A DNA stretch of 64,000 nt from Schizochytrium sp. TIO01 (lineage: Eukaryota; Protista; Bigyra: Labyrinthulomycetes), in NCBI GenBank assembly GCA_004764695.1, contig SMSO01000037.1, forward strand, positions 38,747 to 102,746, written 5' to 3'. Shown piece after piece: positions 46,106 to 59,700 of this stretch (its first letter is position 1; every line of letters begins with the position of its first letter). Under the pieces are notes generated by a model, which was given only the letters and a program-made list of their open reading frames with translations, searched no databases and was not told the origin of the DNA. A program made the position numbers and the translations under genes.

Positions 46106-47206
46106 ATGCAAGGTTTTGGCGACACTGGCCAAACTACACAACAGGCACGTGGCTCAATGGGCCTCCCAGAATCGACGAACCTTGAGGTGGGAAATGTGCC
46201 AGTGGAGGTGCAAAAGAACGCCATTGCGAATTTTTTGACACAGTGTGAAAAGGAACTTCGTGAACGCAATCGTGAACGAGCGGTTCAGTTTCTGGCGAGG
46301 GCTGCACGCAGAATCCAAGCGCTACCAGATATGGCTTCGCGAAATGAATTCCAGGAGCAATATCACAACCTCGAACGTAATGTCCATCTGATCCAACTCT
46401 TTCCGCGTGCTGCAAAACCGTTCGAGAGGAGAACCAAAATCTATACCAAAGAGACGATGGACCCCATAGCTTACAGTTGCTTTCACAAGATCAGTCGCTA
46501 CATGCGTACAAATGTTTTTATCAAAGAGCTAAATATTCCTGTACAGATTGAATTTGATGAGAGAGACGATGTTGCGCTGCATGGCATTGTGCTGATCGGC
46601 GATGCGCCCCAGACCTATGCGCGCTTCTGGATAGACTCTGGAGAGAGCAACGTGAAATGGGCTGTGCTTGACCGCATGTGCACCCTGCGCTCTGTTCACG
46701 TCTCGCGTCAAAAGGGACACGCTGTGTATATGCTTAACAGCCTTGTCTACTATTTGGATAGCATCGCTGCAAAAGCCAACCTGCACGTCCTTGTTGTCCA
46801 TGTACCCATCAAGTCATCCCTACCCATTGTGGACACCCTTCTTGCCAAGGGTTTTCGTTTTGTGTTGTCTCATGAGGCATATCAGCAACGCAAATCGAGT
46901 AGCTCCGTATCCCTCTTTTATTTTGAGGGCGATCGCATGCGCCTCAACACTGTTCATTTGTACTTTCCTCTGCCAAATATTCCTGAAGAGCGTGTACGAA
47001 TGGATCTTGAGGAGATCCGAAAGGCAGAGCAGAGGCAGATTGCCATCTCTCAAGACCCAGAAAACATCAAACGTCAGAGAGAGGTGTTCATGCGCGCAAG
47101 GAAGCGGTATGAGGAGTACAAACGCCAGCAGGAGCTTGCACAGCACCAAGATCAAGATGGAGATACTACTAGTGGCAATGATGACAAAGAGGTTATGGAT
47201 CAATAA
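46106..47206 (+). CDS. GNAT-fold acetyltransferase-like protein (ElaA/YjcF-like) with helical N- and C-terminal extensions
   Basis: RYMRTNVFIKELNIPVQIEFDERDDVALHGIV...ARF...LDRMCTL...RQKGHA resembles the YjcF/ElaA pattern (R..VF..EQ.VP...E.D..D..A.H) and GNAT motif A. First ATG at 46106. Confidence 0.7.
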   Translation: MQGFGDTGQTTQQARGSMGLPESTNLEVGNVPVEVQKNAIANFLTQCEKELRERNRERAVQFLARAARRIQALPDMASRNEFQEQYHNLERNVHLIQLFPRAAKPFERRTKIYTKETMDPIAYSCFHKISRYMRTNVFIKELNIPVQIEFDERDDVALHGIVLIGDAPQTYARFWIDSGESNVKWAVLDRMCTLRSVHVSRQKGHAVYMLNSLVYYLDSIAAKANLHVLVVHVPIKSSLPIVDTLLAKGFRFVLSHEAYQQRKSSSSVSLFYFEGDRMRLNTVHLYFPLPNIPEERVRMDLEEIRKAEQRQIAISQDPENIKRQREVFMRARKRYEEYKRQQELAQHQDQDGDTTSGNDDKEVMDQ

Positions 47207-49016
47207 GATATTCCTTTTTCCTGTCTGACCTTGCCATCAGTCAAAGGAATAGGTTTACGGGCATTTTATCAGAAACATTATGAGTTTTTATCTGAACTGG
47301 CCGCCTTCAGCTACAGAGCTTATGCCTACCATATTCATCATTACATACGTTTCATCTTGGTTGGGTATGTTGTTGCCACCCTCACGCCATCTACCACAAT
47401 CTTTGTCATATTTTCCACTGCCTGCATTGCTCTAATGGTGACGTTTCTTAATTGCTGTTGTTTACTCTGCATGTTCAGCGAATCGGTTGGTGGCTGAACA
47501 CAGGTCCTTGCCATTCTATTTAGCAATAACCAGATTTCTTTTTGGCGCGAGTAGCGCGTTATATCTGATGAAAGCAGGGGGCTGATTCTCGAAATTAGGG
47601 CTGTGCTACTGTCTCTAGAGGTCCATACGAATATTTCAAATTGTTCGTCACGCCCACGCATACTTGCAATACGCAATAGGATGGTTAACCTAGTACTACA
47701 GTTCTTCTGGAATTACCCGAGTGCAGATCGCGGATTCACCATGACAAACAATGAGATCCAGACTGGTATGATTATGGATAGAAGAAAGTAACGATTACTT
47801 TGCCAGAAAACTAGTATTTTAACGTTGGCTACATACATTTCTTGATTCCCTTTTCTCAAACACGATCCAACAGATCTCCCCATACCACTGAAAATGGGCT
47901 GTGGGATTTAAGCTTTATTACTTGAACAAAACTCCCAGAGCTAGCTTTTATCCATCTTGGAATAGAGTCTATTTCATTACACCAAAGCTAATCGAATCAT
48001 AGAGAGCACTGTGTTGATGTATTGGTTTCAAATGCGTATAAATGTAACAAAGACTCATGTTCTTCTTTCAAATCTTACTCAGATGATCGACTGGGGGAGT
48101 ATGGCACGGTTGGTATACAAAGAATAGGTCCGAGGAGATGAAGAATACATTCTATGCCCTCTTCTTTGCGGTGATTGAAGATCAGATTAGCAAAGGATTA
48201 TTGCTTGCTATTAACGAGAATACTGAAGTTCAAGTTGCGCGGACTGTCTCTGGGCAACAACAACACTGCATTTTACCCCGCTTCTACGAGCTAGAGGCTA
48301 TTCCTGTAAATGATTTTATTATCTGGTAGTTGAGTAAAAACAAATAGTAGCTCCAAAACATCTTATGTTCTGTAATCAAGACTACCTATTTAGTATCTCT
48401 CTTTGCATTTTTGTATCAATTAAAACACCAAACAGCAACATGTGAAGAGTAGACACTAAGATCAATCAGGAAAAATTAAATGCAATGAAAATGATACGCT
48501 ACAATAATAGACTACGAGTTGAAATTAAGACAAAAAGACATGGGGTGGTAATACTGGGCAATTGTTGACTCAAGGTCATCAGAGTTTACAAAGAAACATT
48601 AACATGGGGAAAAACACATTGTACACACACAGAAGCCGGGGCAAGTCGAGAACTGGCAGTGTGATTTAAAAAAAGGCGGGCAGGAGGGGGGGGGAGCGGT
48701 GGAACATTTGAAGCCACGGTGCCAAGCGCTTGACACGAGAATGTTGCGCTTTTTATAGCTAGCTAGGCCGCGTCTGAAAGGGCTCCTCCATCGGTCAAGA
48801 GAAGAACGAATTCTTCCGTCTATTGAATCTACTCCGTCCCCGGCAACAGGTAACTCTCGTAAGATTTGTGGTCTGAAAGAGGGAGCATAATAAAAGTAGA
48901 CCTTTGAAATTCGCTGCTAGTTGCAAGTATGCACGTGCAAGGCTTCTGCGGTAAAGCAGGACTACGATTCAGTTGCAGGCAGGCAAACAGGAGGAGGTGC
49001 AGGTGCTGTGATTTTT

Positions 49017-50468
49017 TTACTCCTGCGGCTCTGAGCCGTTGGGGCTAAAGTGCAGTTTGCAAAAGCCATCAATAACGGGGCAGCGCAAGCAATCGCGGAC
49101 TGAGCAGCGACGGCCACCGCCATGTGTCCAGCAGAGGCCACGCCCAATGTCGCGGCGCTGGCAGTTAGCAAAGGTGCAGCGACGACCACCACCGTGAGCT
49201 GCGCAAAAACCGCCACCCTGATCTCCCTTGTTACAACTCGGCATTGAGCACTTCTTCTTGCGCGTGCCACCATGCGCCGAGCAGAAGCGGAGACCGGCGA
49301 CGATCTTTGTGCAACCTTGATGTTTGCAAGGGCGCCCGCCGCCGTGTTTTGCGCACAGACCGCCGCCCTTGTCGCGAGTGTTGCAACCTTCCACAGTGCA
49401 TAGTTTCCCAGCACGCTTGCTACGCTTAGAGCAAGGCTTAGATATTTCTTGAAGAGGCGCCTGAACAACGGGGACGGGAGGGGGGTTCTGTTGCTGCTGC
49501 TGTTGCTGCTGCTGCCGTTGCAATTCGAGCAAGAGGCTTTCACGAGAGTCCGTACGAGGCAGGTTTGTATTGTTAAGTGCGGAAAAATACTGAGAGGAAA
49601 ATGCGGAAGTCTCCTGATACTGCTGGGGCTGGTGTTGTGTAGAAGGAGGTCTCGAGAGAATGGAATCGGCTTTGCTTTGTGCGAGAAAAGGAAACTGCTG
49701 CAAAAGAGAGTCTCCAGAGACGAAGCTTCCCAAACGAGGGCGCTTTCGCGACTCTCTGGGAAGGTACTCGTCTGAGACCTGCTGCTGTTGCTGCTGAAAA
49801 TGGCCCGGATGACTGCTAGTGCTGGAGAAAGACTCACTGCGAAGAGAGTTCATCGTGCGGGAAGGGCTCTGAGACTTGCTCAGAAGAGCCACGAGGTCGA
49901 TGTTGCTCTGGTAATGTTGGCCGCTCGAGGTGCTGGCCACAGAGGATGTCTCCTCGCTGCAAGATGAGGTGGAGAGCCGAGAGGACATCATCTCATCAAA
50001 GCTGCGCTTTGGTGAATTAGGTCCGCAGGAGAAGGTGCCGGTCATGATAGGGGCCACGGTTTCACTGCTGCTGCTGCTGCCAGTGCTGCTGCTACGACTA
50101 CGAAGCTGTTGAGCACCGGCCAGTGAGCCAAGGTTCAAGACGTCCTGCTGGCTGCCAATACTTCTCAGGCTGGAAGATCTCTGGTGGTTACTCCAAAGGC
50201 TAGAGTCCTGTGGCTGATGTTGCTGTTGTTGTTGCTGCTGCTGCTGCATGCCGAGATTGAGCAGGAGCTCCTGAGTATATCTTGGGAAGACTGACTGCAG
50301 CGAAGAGGACCGGGAAGACCCGAGCAAGTCGAGATATGAGAGCGACCTTGAGACTTGTTTCTGATGAAGCGGGATCGCATCTTCGCGAGTATGTTTGCCG
50401 AAGCTTTGTTCTGAAGATGTACCAAGCATGTATGTGGTTGCTGGATTCTCGTACGCGGCGAGTGTCAT
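49017..50468 (-). CDS. WRKY19-like CxxxGC...CxxHGGG zinc-finger repeat protein (putative transcription regulator)
   Basis: Five C-terminal repeats: CTVEGCNTRDKGGGLCAKHGGG, CKHQGCTKIVAGLRFCSAHGG, CSMPSCNKGDQGGGFCAAHGGG, CTFANCQRRDIGRGLCWTHGGG, CSVRDCLRCPVIDGFCKLH. The N-terminus is S/Q-rich and disordered. No WRKY domain is present. Confidence 0.88.
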   Translation of the reverse strand: MTLAAYENPATTYMLGTSSEQSFGKHTREDAIPLHQKQVSRSLSYLDLLGSSRSSSLQSVFPRYTQELLLNLGMQQQQQQQQQHQPQDSSLWSNHQRSSSLRSIGSQQDVLNLGSLAGAQQLRSRSSSTGSSSSSETVAPIMTGTFSCGPNSPKRSFDEMMSSRLSTSSCSEETSSVASTSSGQHYQSNIDLVALLSKSQSPSRTMNSLRSESFSSTSSHPGHFQQQQQQVSDEYLPRESRKRPRLGSFVSGDSLLQQFPFLAQSKADSILSRPPSTQHQPQQYQETSAFSSQYFSALNNTNLPRTDSRESLLLELQRQQQQQQQQQNPPPVPVVQAPLQEISKPCSKRSKRAGKLCTVEGCNTRDKGGGLCAKHGGGRPCKHQGCTKIVAGLRFCSAHGGTRKKKCSMPSCNKGDQGGGFCAAHGGGRRCTFANCQRRDIGRGLCWTHGGGRRCSVRDCLRCPVIDGFCKLHFSPNGSEPQE

Positions 50469-53400
50469 TTTGATTGACGTCCCTTAAGTGTAGAATGCCG
50501 AGCTGACAGTACTAAGAAGATTATGTGACGAAAGCTTTGGCGTCAGGAGGGGCTGAGTGAGAGAGGCTAACGTTCACGATAGCTGACCTCCTTCCTTTCT
50601 CTGTCTGTGTTGACAGATAGGTTTTGCGAGTTTATTGGTTTTGTTTGCTCGCGAGATGAAAAAAATGAGCACGACTAGTTCTCTGCTTTTGATAGTGGAC
50701 CAGCGGGTCTCCGCGACCTGCTGAGACCGAACCGGCGTTTCGAGACTGCTCAGGGCCAAGCTGCCGCCGGACCGCACAGATAGATGTGTCGCCTGACTTG
50801 GCCGAGCTCTTGCAGTTGCTGGCGTTGGTTTGGAGTTTGCTTTTTGCTCGCTTTGCTTCTCCACGCCAACTAACATTCCAACTAAGCTATTGCTAATACT
50901 CTCCTACTTCCTCGCTTGTCTAAAATGAACCAATTAATCGCCTGCTAACAACAAACAGGCCGGGATAGCACCTCTAGAGTATTCACTAGCGCACCGAGAG
51001 CCGAGGAGGAGGAAGCAGGAAGGAGAGAAAGGGTGCAGAGAGGTGCTTCTATGCCCCCCACCTCCGCCCTTTTTATTTTTTTCTTTCCTTAAGAAACACC
51101 CTGAGATATCTATATATGTGTATGTAAAGGTTTTTGTTTGTTTGTTCATTTTTACTTCATAGTTTTTTTTGTTTTCTTTTTTTCTGAATGGTCTCTTCGT
51201 TTGAAGTGTTGTGGGCTAAGGTGGGTGGTTGTATGGTATGGTCCATGCTCTGCAAGCCTTGGAGGGTGGTGACCTTGGAGTGAACGAATCTGGGATGGCA
51301 AGTACGTCTGCAAGAGGAGACGTTTCCATTCCTTTTCTTTTTCCTCATAGATAGCTAGGCAGTAACGAAAACAATTTATTTCTATTAACACTACTTCATT
51401 TTCAATAACTCCCATTATCATTATTATTGTCATTATCATTATCCCTCTTTCTCTTTCTCTCTTTCTCCCTCTGGCAATAAAAGACAAAGGTGGCTAAACT
51501 TGATGCAAAACTTTTCTCGCTTTGAGAAGTTCGCGAGACCTAATTCTCATTAGTTTTGATCTTGATGCCACGCAAGCATGGCTATTTTACAAATAAAAAC
51601 AAAAGGGAATCTGAGCGATGCCTTTGCTTCTGCGCAGAAAGATCCTCCTCACATTGACTCATTCGTTCACAGTAGGCACACGAAGGCCTCAGCCATCTTC
51701 GTGGTGGTGATGATGACCTGCTCATTTGCTACGCCACCCTGGTTTCTGTGCTTACGGCCCTTCTTCTTCTTTGTTGTGTCTCAAACATTCGCTGTGAGAT
51801 CTCCACGGTATTACGGGTTTCCGCGAAGGTTTACAGATGAGCAGCGTTGGCTTCTTGAATATCGCTGCTCAAACCTTAGCCTGCACATCTTCATCCATGA
51901 TTTCATAAACATCAACCCAATGTTTCAAAACGACGTGCCCTGTGTCCGTGCGGTAGTATCAGCGAGAGCGTCAGGCATGGTCGAAAGTGGAGTCACGTGG
52001 AGTCGAATTCTTTGGATATCCATTCCAATGTCGCAGCACCTTGTTCTTCAAAAAGGCAACAAAACTTCCTCTCGCCAAACGCGCGGAAAAGTGCCCATCC
52101 TTATGAGTCCCGTGTCTCTGTGCACCTCCATAAATTCGCAGTGCACCGCCTTCCGCCTGTAAGTCTATCGCCCTTCTCAGCCTTGCTCCAGAGACAAACG
52201 AGCAATTTTTTATTCTTGCTCTTCATCTTTTCCTCGCATTTCTGGTTTTAATATTTTTATTTAAAAAATTAAAAAATAAAAGTCACGAACAAACCTTCCA
52301 TTGATCTTTTGTGATTGTACACTTGACAATGACTCAGGCAAGAGTCGTAACCTTCAAATAGCCCCCGTTAGAGCTTCGGAGCCAAAGCAAGCCTTTGGAG
52401 CGATGCGCATGCACACTAGATTCTCCTCGATCCTCGTCACCCGCCAGTCTAGTAGAGTGATGACTCACTTTTATAGGATCTCCTTCTTATCTCTAGCAGA
52501 CCTGAGGATAATAGCGGCAGGACGGCCCAGCTGCCGCAGTCTCCCCCCGTCCGTTTCCCTCGTCTTGAGGCAGCACAGAGCCTCTGTTATACGTCCAAGA
52601 CCTCTCTACAGCATCGCCAAAGTCGAGTGGGCCAAGACGCATCGCCCGCTCTGAGCAGAAGGGCTCCCGAAAGATCAGAAGATAGAGGCTAAAAAAAGCT
52701 TTGAGCTCTGACTTCAAGCGTATCAAAGGCTCTCTCCTTCCTTAAAACAGCTCAGGACCGTGCTTTGAGACTTCATCTCACGAGACGAGGCAGTCTTTGA
52801 ATCAACAAGTTCTTCTGATTGAGTGGAGAAAGAGAAGAGAAGAATCAGTTTCTTTTCATTAATTTTAAACAACAAAATAAAAACTTTATCGAATTGAAGG
52901 GGAGCACACTGGGACCAGGCGCAGACTGACCTGCCAAGTTCGCCTGCAGGGGGTACGTATGACGTTATCAGCAGGGGCCACCCTCGCTTCCTCCTTATTG
53001 GACGAGTAAATGTTTCAGCGACAGGTAGATTCTGTTTACCCCTTAGGTCGAATCAGAGCCACCCCACAGTCTTGTTTTTATTACGGGGACACCCTGGGTA
53101 AGAAAGTTGCAGTTGTGAGGTAGAGGAGTAAGAGTGACAAGGGTGAATTTAGAATTGAGAGTTCTATAGTGCCCTTGTAGAAGATTCCCTGGTGCACTTT
53201 TGGGAGGAAGCAGACAGAGCACTCGCATCTTTCTCGTCTTGAAACTTTGGGCACTGTGGCCGAAGATCAAGTTGAACTCCTCTTTGACGTCTCCAGTTAA
53301 GCTATCCAGAAACCACCGCTGGGCCCAAATATGATAACGATGGGTAGAACTTGATAATCCCCATGCTGACGTGTCTCTGCTCTTTTCGCAGATATTGACA

Positions 53401-53668
53401 TTGCGTTGTCGAAGAAGGCAACTTTTGCCACGAAAAGTCTCAGGTAAGCGCGTAGACGGGTCAGTCAAATCGCTTTGAGCGTCGCAAAAGGAGTCTTTTC
53501 TTCCTGTTCGCGCTGTTACAAGAAGCCACGATCCTGTTTGTCTTCTTGGGTGAAACAAATCTACCGCTTCCTTCCTAGACTCACGTTGCATCGATTTGAT
53601 TTTCTTTTTGATTTTCTTCTTCTTCTTTTTATTTATATTTTAGTCATTCGTATCTAAATAAAAATTGC

Positions 53669-53707
<39 letters not shown>
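53669..53707. repeat. (TAT)n microsatellite, ~13 copies
   Basis: Directly visible. Confidence 0.9.
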
Positions 53708-56700
53708 CTCTGCAGGGAATGTAATATGACAGTTTTATAAATTCTTTGTTAGCGTTCCTAACAAGTTTCCTCCTTTTCTTTTCCTGGCAGAAAGAAGGAA
53801 ATCTGGTGTCGTATGCGATGATGATGCCGTGGAATTTAAACGAGCCGAAGGAGTCACATACTAACTTCAACAGGGTGTGATCTTTACCTGCAGCCAACGA
53901 GAACTGAAAAATGAAGGCTGTGGATCGATTTGAACCACGATTTACCCTCGTCCATAGGCACCTCTGATCAAGCCAGGCTGCGATTACCACAAATGAATTC
54001 GAGGGACGCAGAGCTGCGGAAAGCTGATCCCGGCCAATTTGGCAAGCTTAGCAAAAGATCGGGCTACACACGAACTTGAAATGCATAAATTTCAGTTTCT
54101 GGCTTTCTCTTGATTCTTTTTCTCTACCCGAGAGCTAGTTCGCTAGCGCGATTTCTGTGAGGTGACGCTTACATACCGATTTCTACCTTACAACTACTGA
54201 TTTCCCTCCCAGCTTGAAATAGCTCGTTTACCAGGCTTTTATAATCCCTACCGGTTATAACCAACATCAATCATGAACAGAAGAAGTGAAACATTTAAGA
54301 CTGTGTCCACGACACTATTATGTCCCTTGGAAGACGGGCAAGAATAGCCTGAAAGCGCGGAACCCTGCTTGAGTATTTTCATAAATGCATCTCTTTTCTT
54401 GTCTGTTTCATCTCTATATTTCATCTATCCACAGCAACCAGACTTTCATACACGTTGCAGATAAAACCCAATTGCTTTCATTTCAGAGAAGAAATCGACA
54501 ACAAGAAAACTTAACGAGGAATGGAATCCGAACTAGGTATTCTTATGCAATATATATTTGTATAAAAATGTTTTATTCACAATTTTGTGTACCTAATACT
54601 ACTAATACTGCTATTAGTAGTATTTATTTATTTAAAAAATGAATTTTTACTTTAAACTTTTTGTTTTTAATTAAAACATCCTTGTATTAAAAAAAACGAT
54701 CCGCAAGTGTTTCTTGCAGCAGGGTGAGTAACCAGCCAACTCTGAACCATCTCCTGCTCCTTTTCCCCTTGACGAGCCTATGCGAAGAAACAGGCTTCTG
54801 CTACGAGACGACAACAATAAGCAATAAAGAAATCTTCCTTGTGATTTTGCAGCGTGGATAATTAAAGAAAAAGGAAAGCGCACTGTTTGATCTGATTAAA
54901 GAGAACCGACGTCCTTTGTCTGCCGCTGCTTTCCAAGCCATGCTTTAGTAAAGCTTCTTACGAGTGCGAGTAAGCGAAACATTTATTTGAAGACTTTTTC
55001 ATTCTTCGTCGAATGCATCGAGCGGCACCAATTACTGGCAACAAAGGCACATTGGAACCGTGCTTAATGGCTGAGCATAGCTAGAACATAGTACTTACAA
55101 ATAAGCTATATTCCGGATATTCATGTTGTTGTTGCAATGCTTGAAATCATGAATCTAGACAGGTAGAAGATGGCTAAGCTGAGACATCTTCACAGTGCTC
55201 AAGTATTTAAAAGAAAGTGATAAGAGTGAGTTTAGCGTATCCCCTTTCGTTCCTTTATAGTATGTATGTATTTATCATAAAGCTGTCACTTCTGCATTTG
55301 AGGCGATCCTATTCTTTCTTCAGAAGAGCTAAACAAAACAAAAAAATCAAATCAAATCGAATCGAATCGAATCGAATCAATTCAAACCCAAACCCTCAGA
55401 TACGCTTTACAGGGAAGCTAGTTTGCTAGGCCTGATAGTGTATTTTTCATTTCGCATGCCTTTAAGATATGAACGCCATCATCTTTCTGGTGGTAGCAGC
55501 TCAGTATATCGTAGGAATTCTAATGCAAGGGAATGGACCAATTGGAAAAGCAAAGGAAACAAGAAGCTTGTGAACAAAGTTCCACCCTGTTGCTTCGAGA
55601 CGAATTCCTCGGGCCTTGCCATTCATCTTGTCGATGTTGTTCTATGTACAAGATTTTGAATCGCCTGATATTGGCCTGAATATGATTGATCGTACAGAAT
55701 TTCTCGGAGTTTCATATACAAAGAGGATAAAGATAATGCAATGCATGATCGCATTTCACCTCGGCAAATAATGTTCTTATCCTCTGAACATAGGTATGCA
55801 TTAACGCAAGCGAAAATTGTTAAATCTTACTGTGATATCTTAAAGAAGTGCAGAAACGCCCTTGGCTTCAGGCTTTATTTGGCAGGTTAATATCAAGTGT
55901 TCTTTTTTTGCTCAACCTAGTTTCAAACAATTTTTCGCTCAGCACCATATAATCTAGCCTAACGTTGCAAAGTTTGCAATCACATTCTTGAGCTGATGAT
56001 GTTGTGATTTTCTTCCGCAAATGCAAAGAATATATTTGGTTTTGCATAGTTGTTCTCTAAGGACAAAGGAGAGAAAAGAAAAGAGCAGCAATACGCATCC
56101 TGCCTACTAATAACTTTGAACAGGGTGGGCCCACAGCCAGTGAGACAATAAAGAAGAATACAGTCTAATGCATCAGTATCACGAAACCTGTTTAATATGC
56201 CACTTGAATTCTCTAGCTACCTATGTCTTCTAGGAACCTGCATCGCAGTTCTTAGCGCCGGTTTTATATTTTTATTTTGCGTTGTTGGGTTCTAATCGAA
56301 AACTGAAGAAAAGAGGTACATATGAAGTCAGCCTCTTTTCTAGGATTGGTCTCTCTTTAGCCTCCCATCCTTAAATTAGGTTTTTCTGCATTTCTATTTC
56401 TTAAAAAATAAATGCTGTTGTTAAAAAATGAAATTTCAATCAACTGTAATACATTGTGGATAAGTGATGACAAGGTTAACTGGAGGGTGAGTCGAGGCCG
56501 TTACCAAACAAACAAAAACAAACACGAGGGTGGAAGCAAATTGGAGGCAGACACTCGACACTGTAGACTACTGTTGCGATCCCCATCTTCTTAACTTGGC
56601 GAGGCTGGGCACTACAAATATTTTATCCGCCCGAGGTTACGGGAGAACTCTGAGGTTCAAAGTTGATCATGCCTCGCCACACGTGGAAAATTCTGAATTT

Positions 56701-59700
56701 CTCGAGTCAACACCCCCTTTCGAATCGCGAATCTTGGGCCCCTTACAGCCCCCTTTAAGATACCCGCCGTCCTTGGTTTTCGAAAAGGAAAAGAAAAAGG
56801 AAACCTTCGCGGTCTCCCGCCTCAAAAGGTTGCTTGCACCGAGTGCTCGTTGTACAAAGGGCTGAATATTACTACTCATTACTACCATGTTGGCACCCAG
56901 TGCCCTCGCTATATGATTGTGAAATGATGAACTTCGCAGATGCGATGAGGCAGGCGGCCATTTGCTGCTTGCTCCGTGGCGTACTTCACGCAGTCAGTCG
57001 CTCTACCTACTACTGACCTGAAATCCATCGTCCCCCACGAAAGCCCTTGAAAATCTATCTTGCACCCCAGAGTTGAGCTCTTGCGGCCTACTGTAGTTTT
57101 TCAAGCACACCTTCCTTTACTTGGCCATTCTCGTTTCAAGCCTTCAAATTTCGAAATAAGTACCAAGGTAGCTAGTAGCTATCCAATTCTCTAACCCGTG
57201 AGCAAACATCAGAACAGCGTCTTTACAGCAGCACCCTGCTACCACTACTTATACAGGCCACGTACTGGCGCCTTTCAAGTGCTAAGCAGACAGCGGCTGC
57301 CGGAACCGAGAGAGGCACCCGCCCTGCCAAAGCTCCAAAAGCTAGATTCGTTTAGGTGCTTCTGAAATGACATCGTGCGCCAGGTCCGGTTCTCTCAAAG
57401 CCCTTCTGTTTGCGACTGGGAAGAGGTCCCAGTCTCCTTCAATGAGGTAGTAGTACCTACGGCAGGTAGGTAGCATGCTGGTATCGAGAAGACGAGAAAT
57501 TGTGTGAGGGAAAACATCTTTCAAGGCTTTACAACCCCAGCGCTGAGGCTCTCTCTCACAGGAGCTTGCTTATAAAGAGAGAATAAGAGGAAAACCGGCT
57601 ATTGGCGAGAGGAGGGGGTGGAGATTTGGCTGCAAAGAAACAGTGATTAAGTTGGTTTATTCCGCTTGAGGATTGATTGACGACTTGTAACGCGGAGGTG
57701 TTTCAGGATGAAAGAGACGCGCCAGGAGCCGCAATGCATTGGCGACACGCTTCACCAGATTATTCGAATTGTGAGAAAAAAAGCTATACGACTCTGCGAT
57801 AGCTGAGGCAAGCAAAATTACCATAATTCGGGGAAGAATAGCGTAACAGGAATTATTTTCTACTTCTTAGCCAACTCCACAAGCACTCGAAGGCCTAAGG
57901 AAAGGTCAAAGAACGAGCTATCAATACAGCCACTGACTGACCTTGCCTGCACGTGCGCAATGAAATAGCGCCAGCCGCTCAAGTTGGAATATGGCCTAAG
58001 GGGAGAGCATTGCGAGTTCAGCCAACAATAAACATAATCTCCATCGATGCAAATCAGAACGGGGCAAGTAAGAAATTCCCTGCTGGCTTTGTCGATCCTG
58101 ATTAATTTCTATTTCTTACCCTTTTTTAATGAGAACAAAATAATGTAATACAATTAAAAAGACGCTAGGTATCGATTTTCTCGCTCGCTAAGTTGGTTGC
58201 ATCATGCCAGGTATGTCGATTCACTTTTGAGAAACCTTGTCATATTATTTGACACTGTTCGCTGCGTGCCGAATTGCATCTTCTGAAAAAGGCTTTTGTT
58301 GCCGTGGGCCACATGTGCATCGAGATGGTGGGCAGTTTTGTGCTGAGTTGAGACAGAATTCATCAGCCTTCCTTTATCTACACCCTGGACAGTGCATTTT
58401 TTACCTTCGAATCGCACTCCTAGCCCGTGAAGTAGATAAGCTTCTAGTAGTCATTGCAAACTACTACTACATTGCCGAATATTTATGGCACCAGCTAGCC
58501 TTGGGACTAGGACACTTCTAGACTTGTTAGAAAGTGGTCATACATTGGAAGACAGCACTTGGGCTGGAGCCACGAATTCGGCCGTACAGAAGCAAGATTC
58601 AGAATGAGAGGCTCTGAGTTCGGAGAATAACGCCGTGCACTCGCACGAATAATGAATGGAGGATCACAATCAATGAAATGTTCCATCTCTCTCAATAATC
58701 TCTGGATGTTGAACAGGAGCAAGATGCCTAGCTATCGAGACAGCAAAGGTTTGTTGATGATTCCCCATTTCATCTTGCATGTTATATGATTTGATGTTTT
58801 CAATTTTTTAATTTTTTTTTCCTGTTTGGGCGCATTCTTTTCTAAATCGGTCCAAAGTCTTTTTTTAGCCTTTGCCCATGTAAAGTGATTAATTTCTTTA
58901 TTGCAATACTAAATGCCCTTGGGATTGAAGATGATAGGCATCGCGATCTATATAGCTGAAGCACAGTCACCATGATTTTTAATATCCCAGCCAGCATGAC
59001 CTGATGTCCCTTGCACAGCACGTATTTGCTCAAAGATTCAGAGATACGACACGTGGCTGCCAATCAATCAAGCATGGTACAAGATTCATGCTAAGAGCCT
59101 ATTGCAGAGTAGGTAAAAGCGAGTATAATAAAATGATTCTTGAAATTTTCATTTCGCACGTGCCGCAAAAATAAATAAGATCATAAGTATCTACTAGCAT
59201 CGCAATGATGTGTGGATAGATTCTGCTTTGCCTTTTATCAAATAAAAATTCTCCTTACCAAATTCCAAATTCAACGAAGCTGTGAACGCAAAAGGTATTC
59301 TCTTATTTTTAATGGTGTAAATTTGAGAAAAATGAAGTAAGTATTAGTCACGGCATGCTGTAGTTCAAATTTCAAGCCGATTCAGGCAAGCTTGCACCTG
59401 CACGTCCATTTCTTCTGAAGTTCATTCTCAAGGTATTCAAGCCCAAAAAACAAATCTATTCAACACTTTTTCCTTGCGCACCTTGCGATCTTGATGGCCT
59501 TAGCAGACCTCCAACCACTTTCCATCTCTTGATCTTCCTCTTTTTTTTTTCCTTTTTTTTTAACAACTATAATCTTTTATAAATCTTTGTTGCTTCACTT
59601 CATTTTGTTCGCTTGCACACTGGGCCACGTTCGTCATACTAGTAGGCTATGTTTCTCGCAACTCGTGCACGTTCTCGAGCCAGCTCCGCTGCTCAGCTCT

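Noticed and set aside
47341-47676. 111-aa minus-strand ORF
   Set aside because: No recognisable domain or clear gene structure; cannot be supported as a CDS.
48962-49837. 291-aa alternative-frame ORF overlapping the zinc-finger gene
   Set aside because: Shifted frame of a GC-rich, CAG-rich CDS; no motifs.
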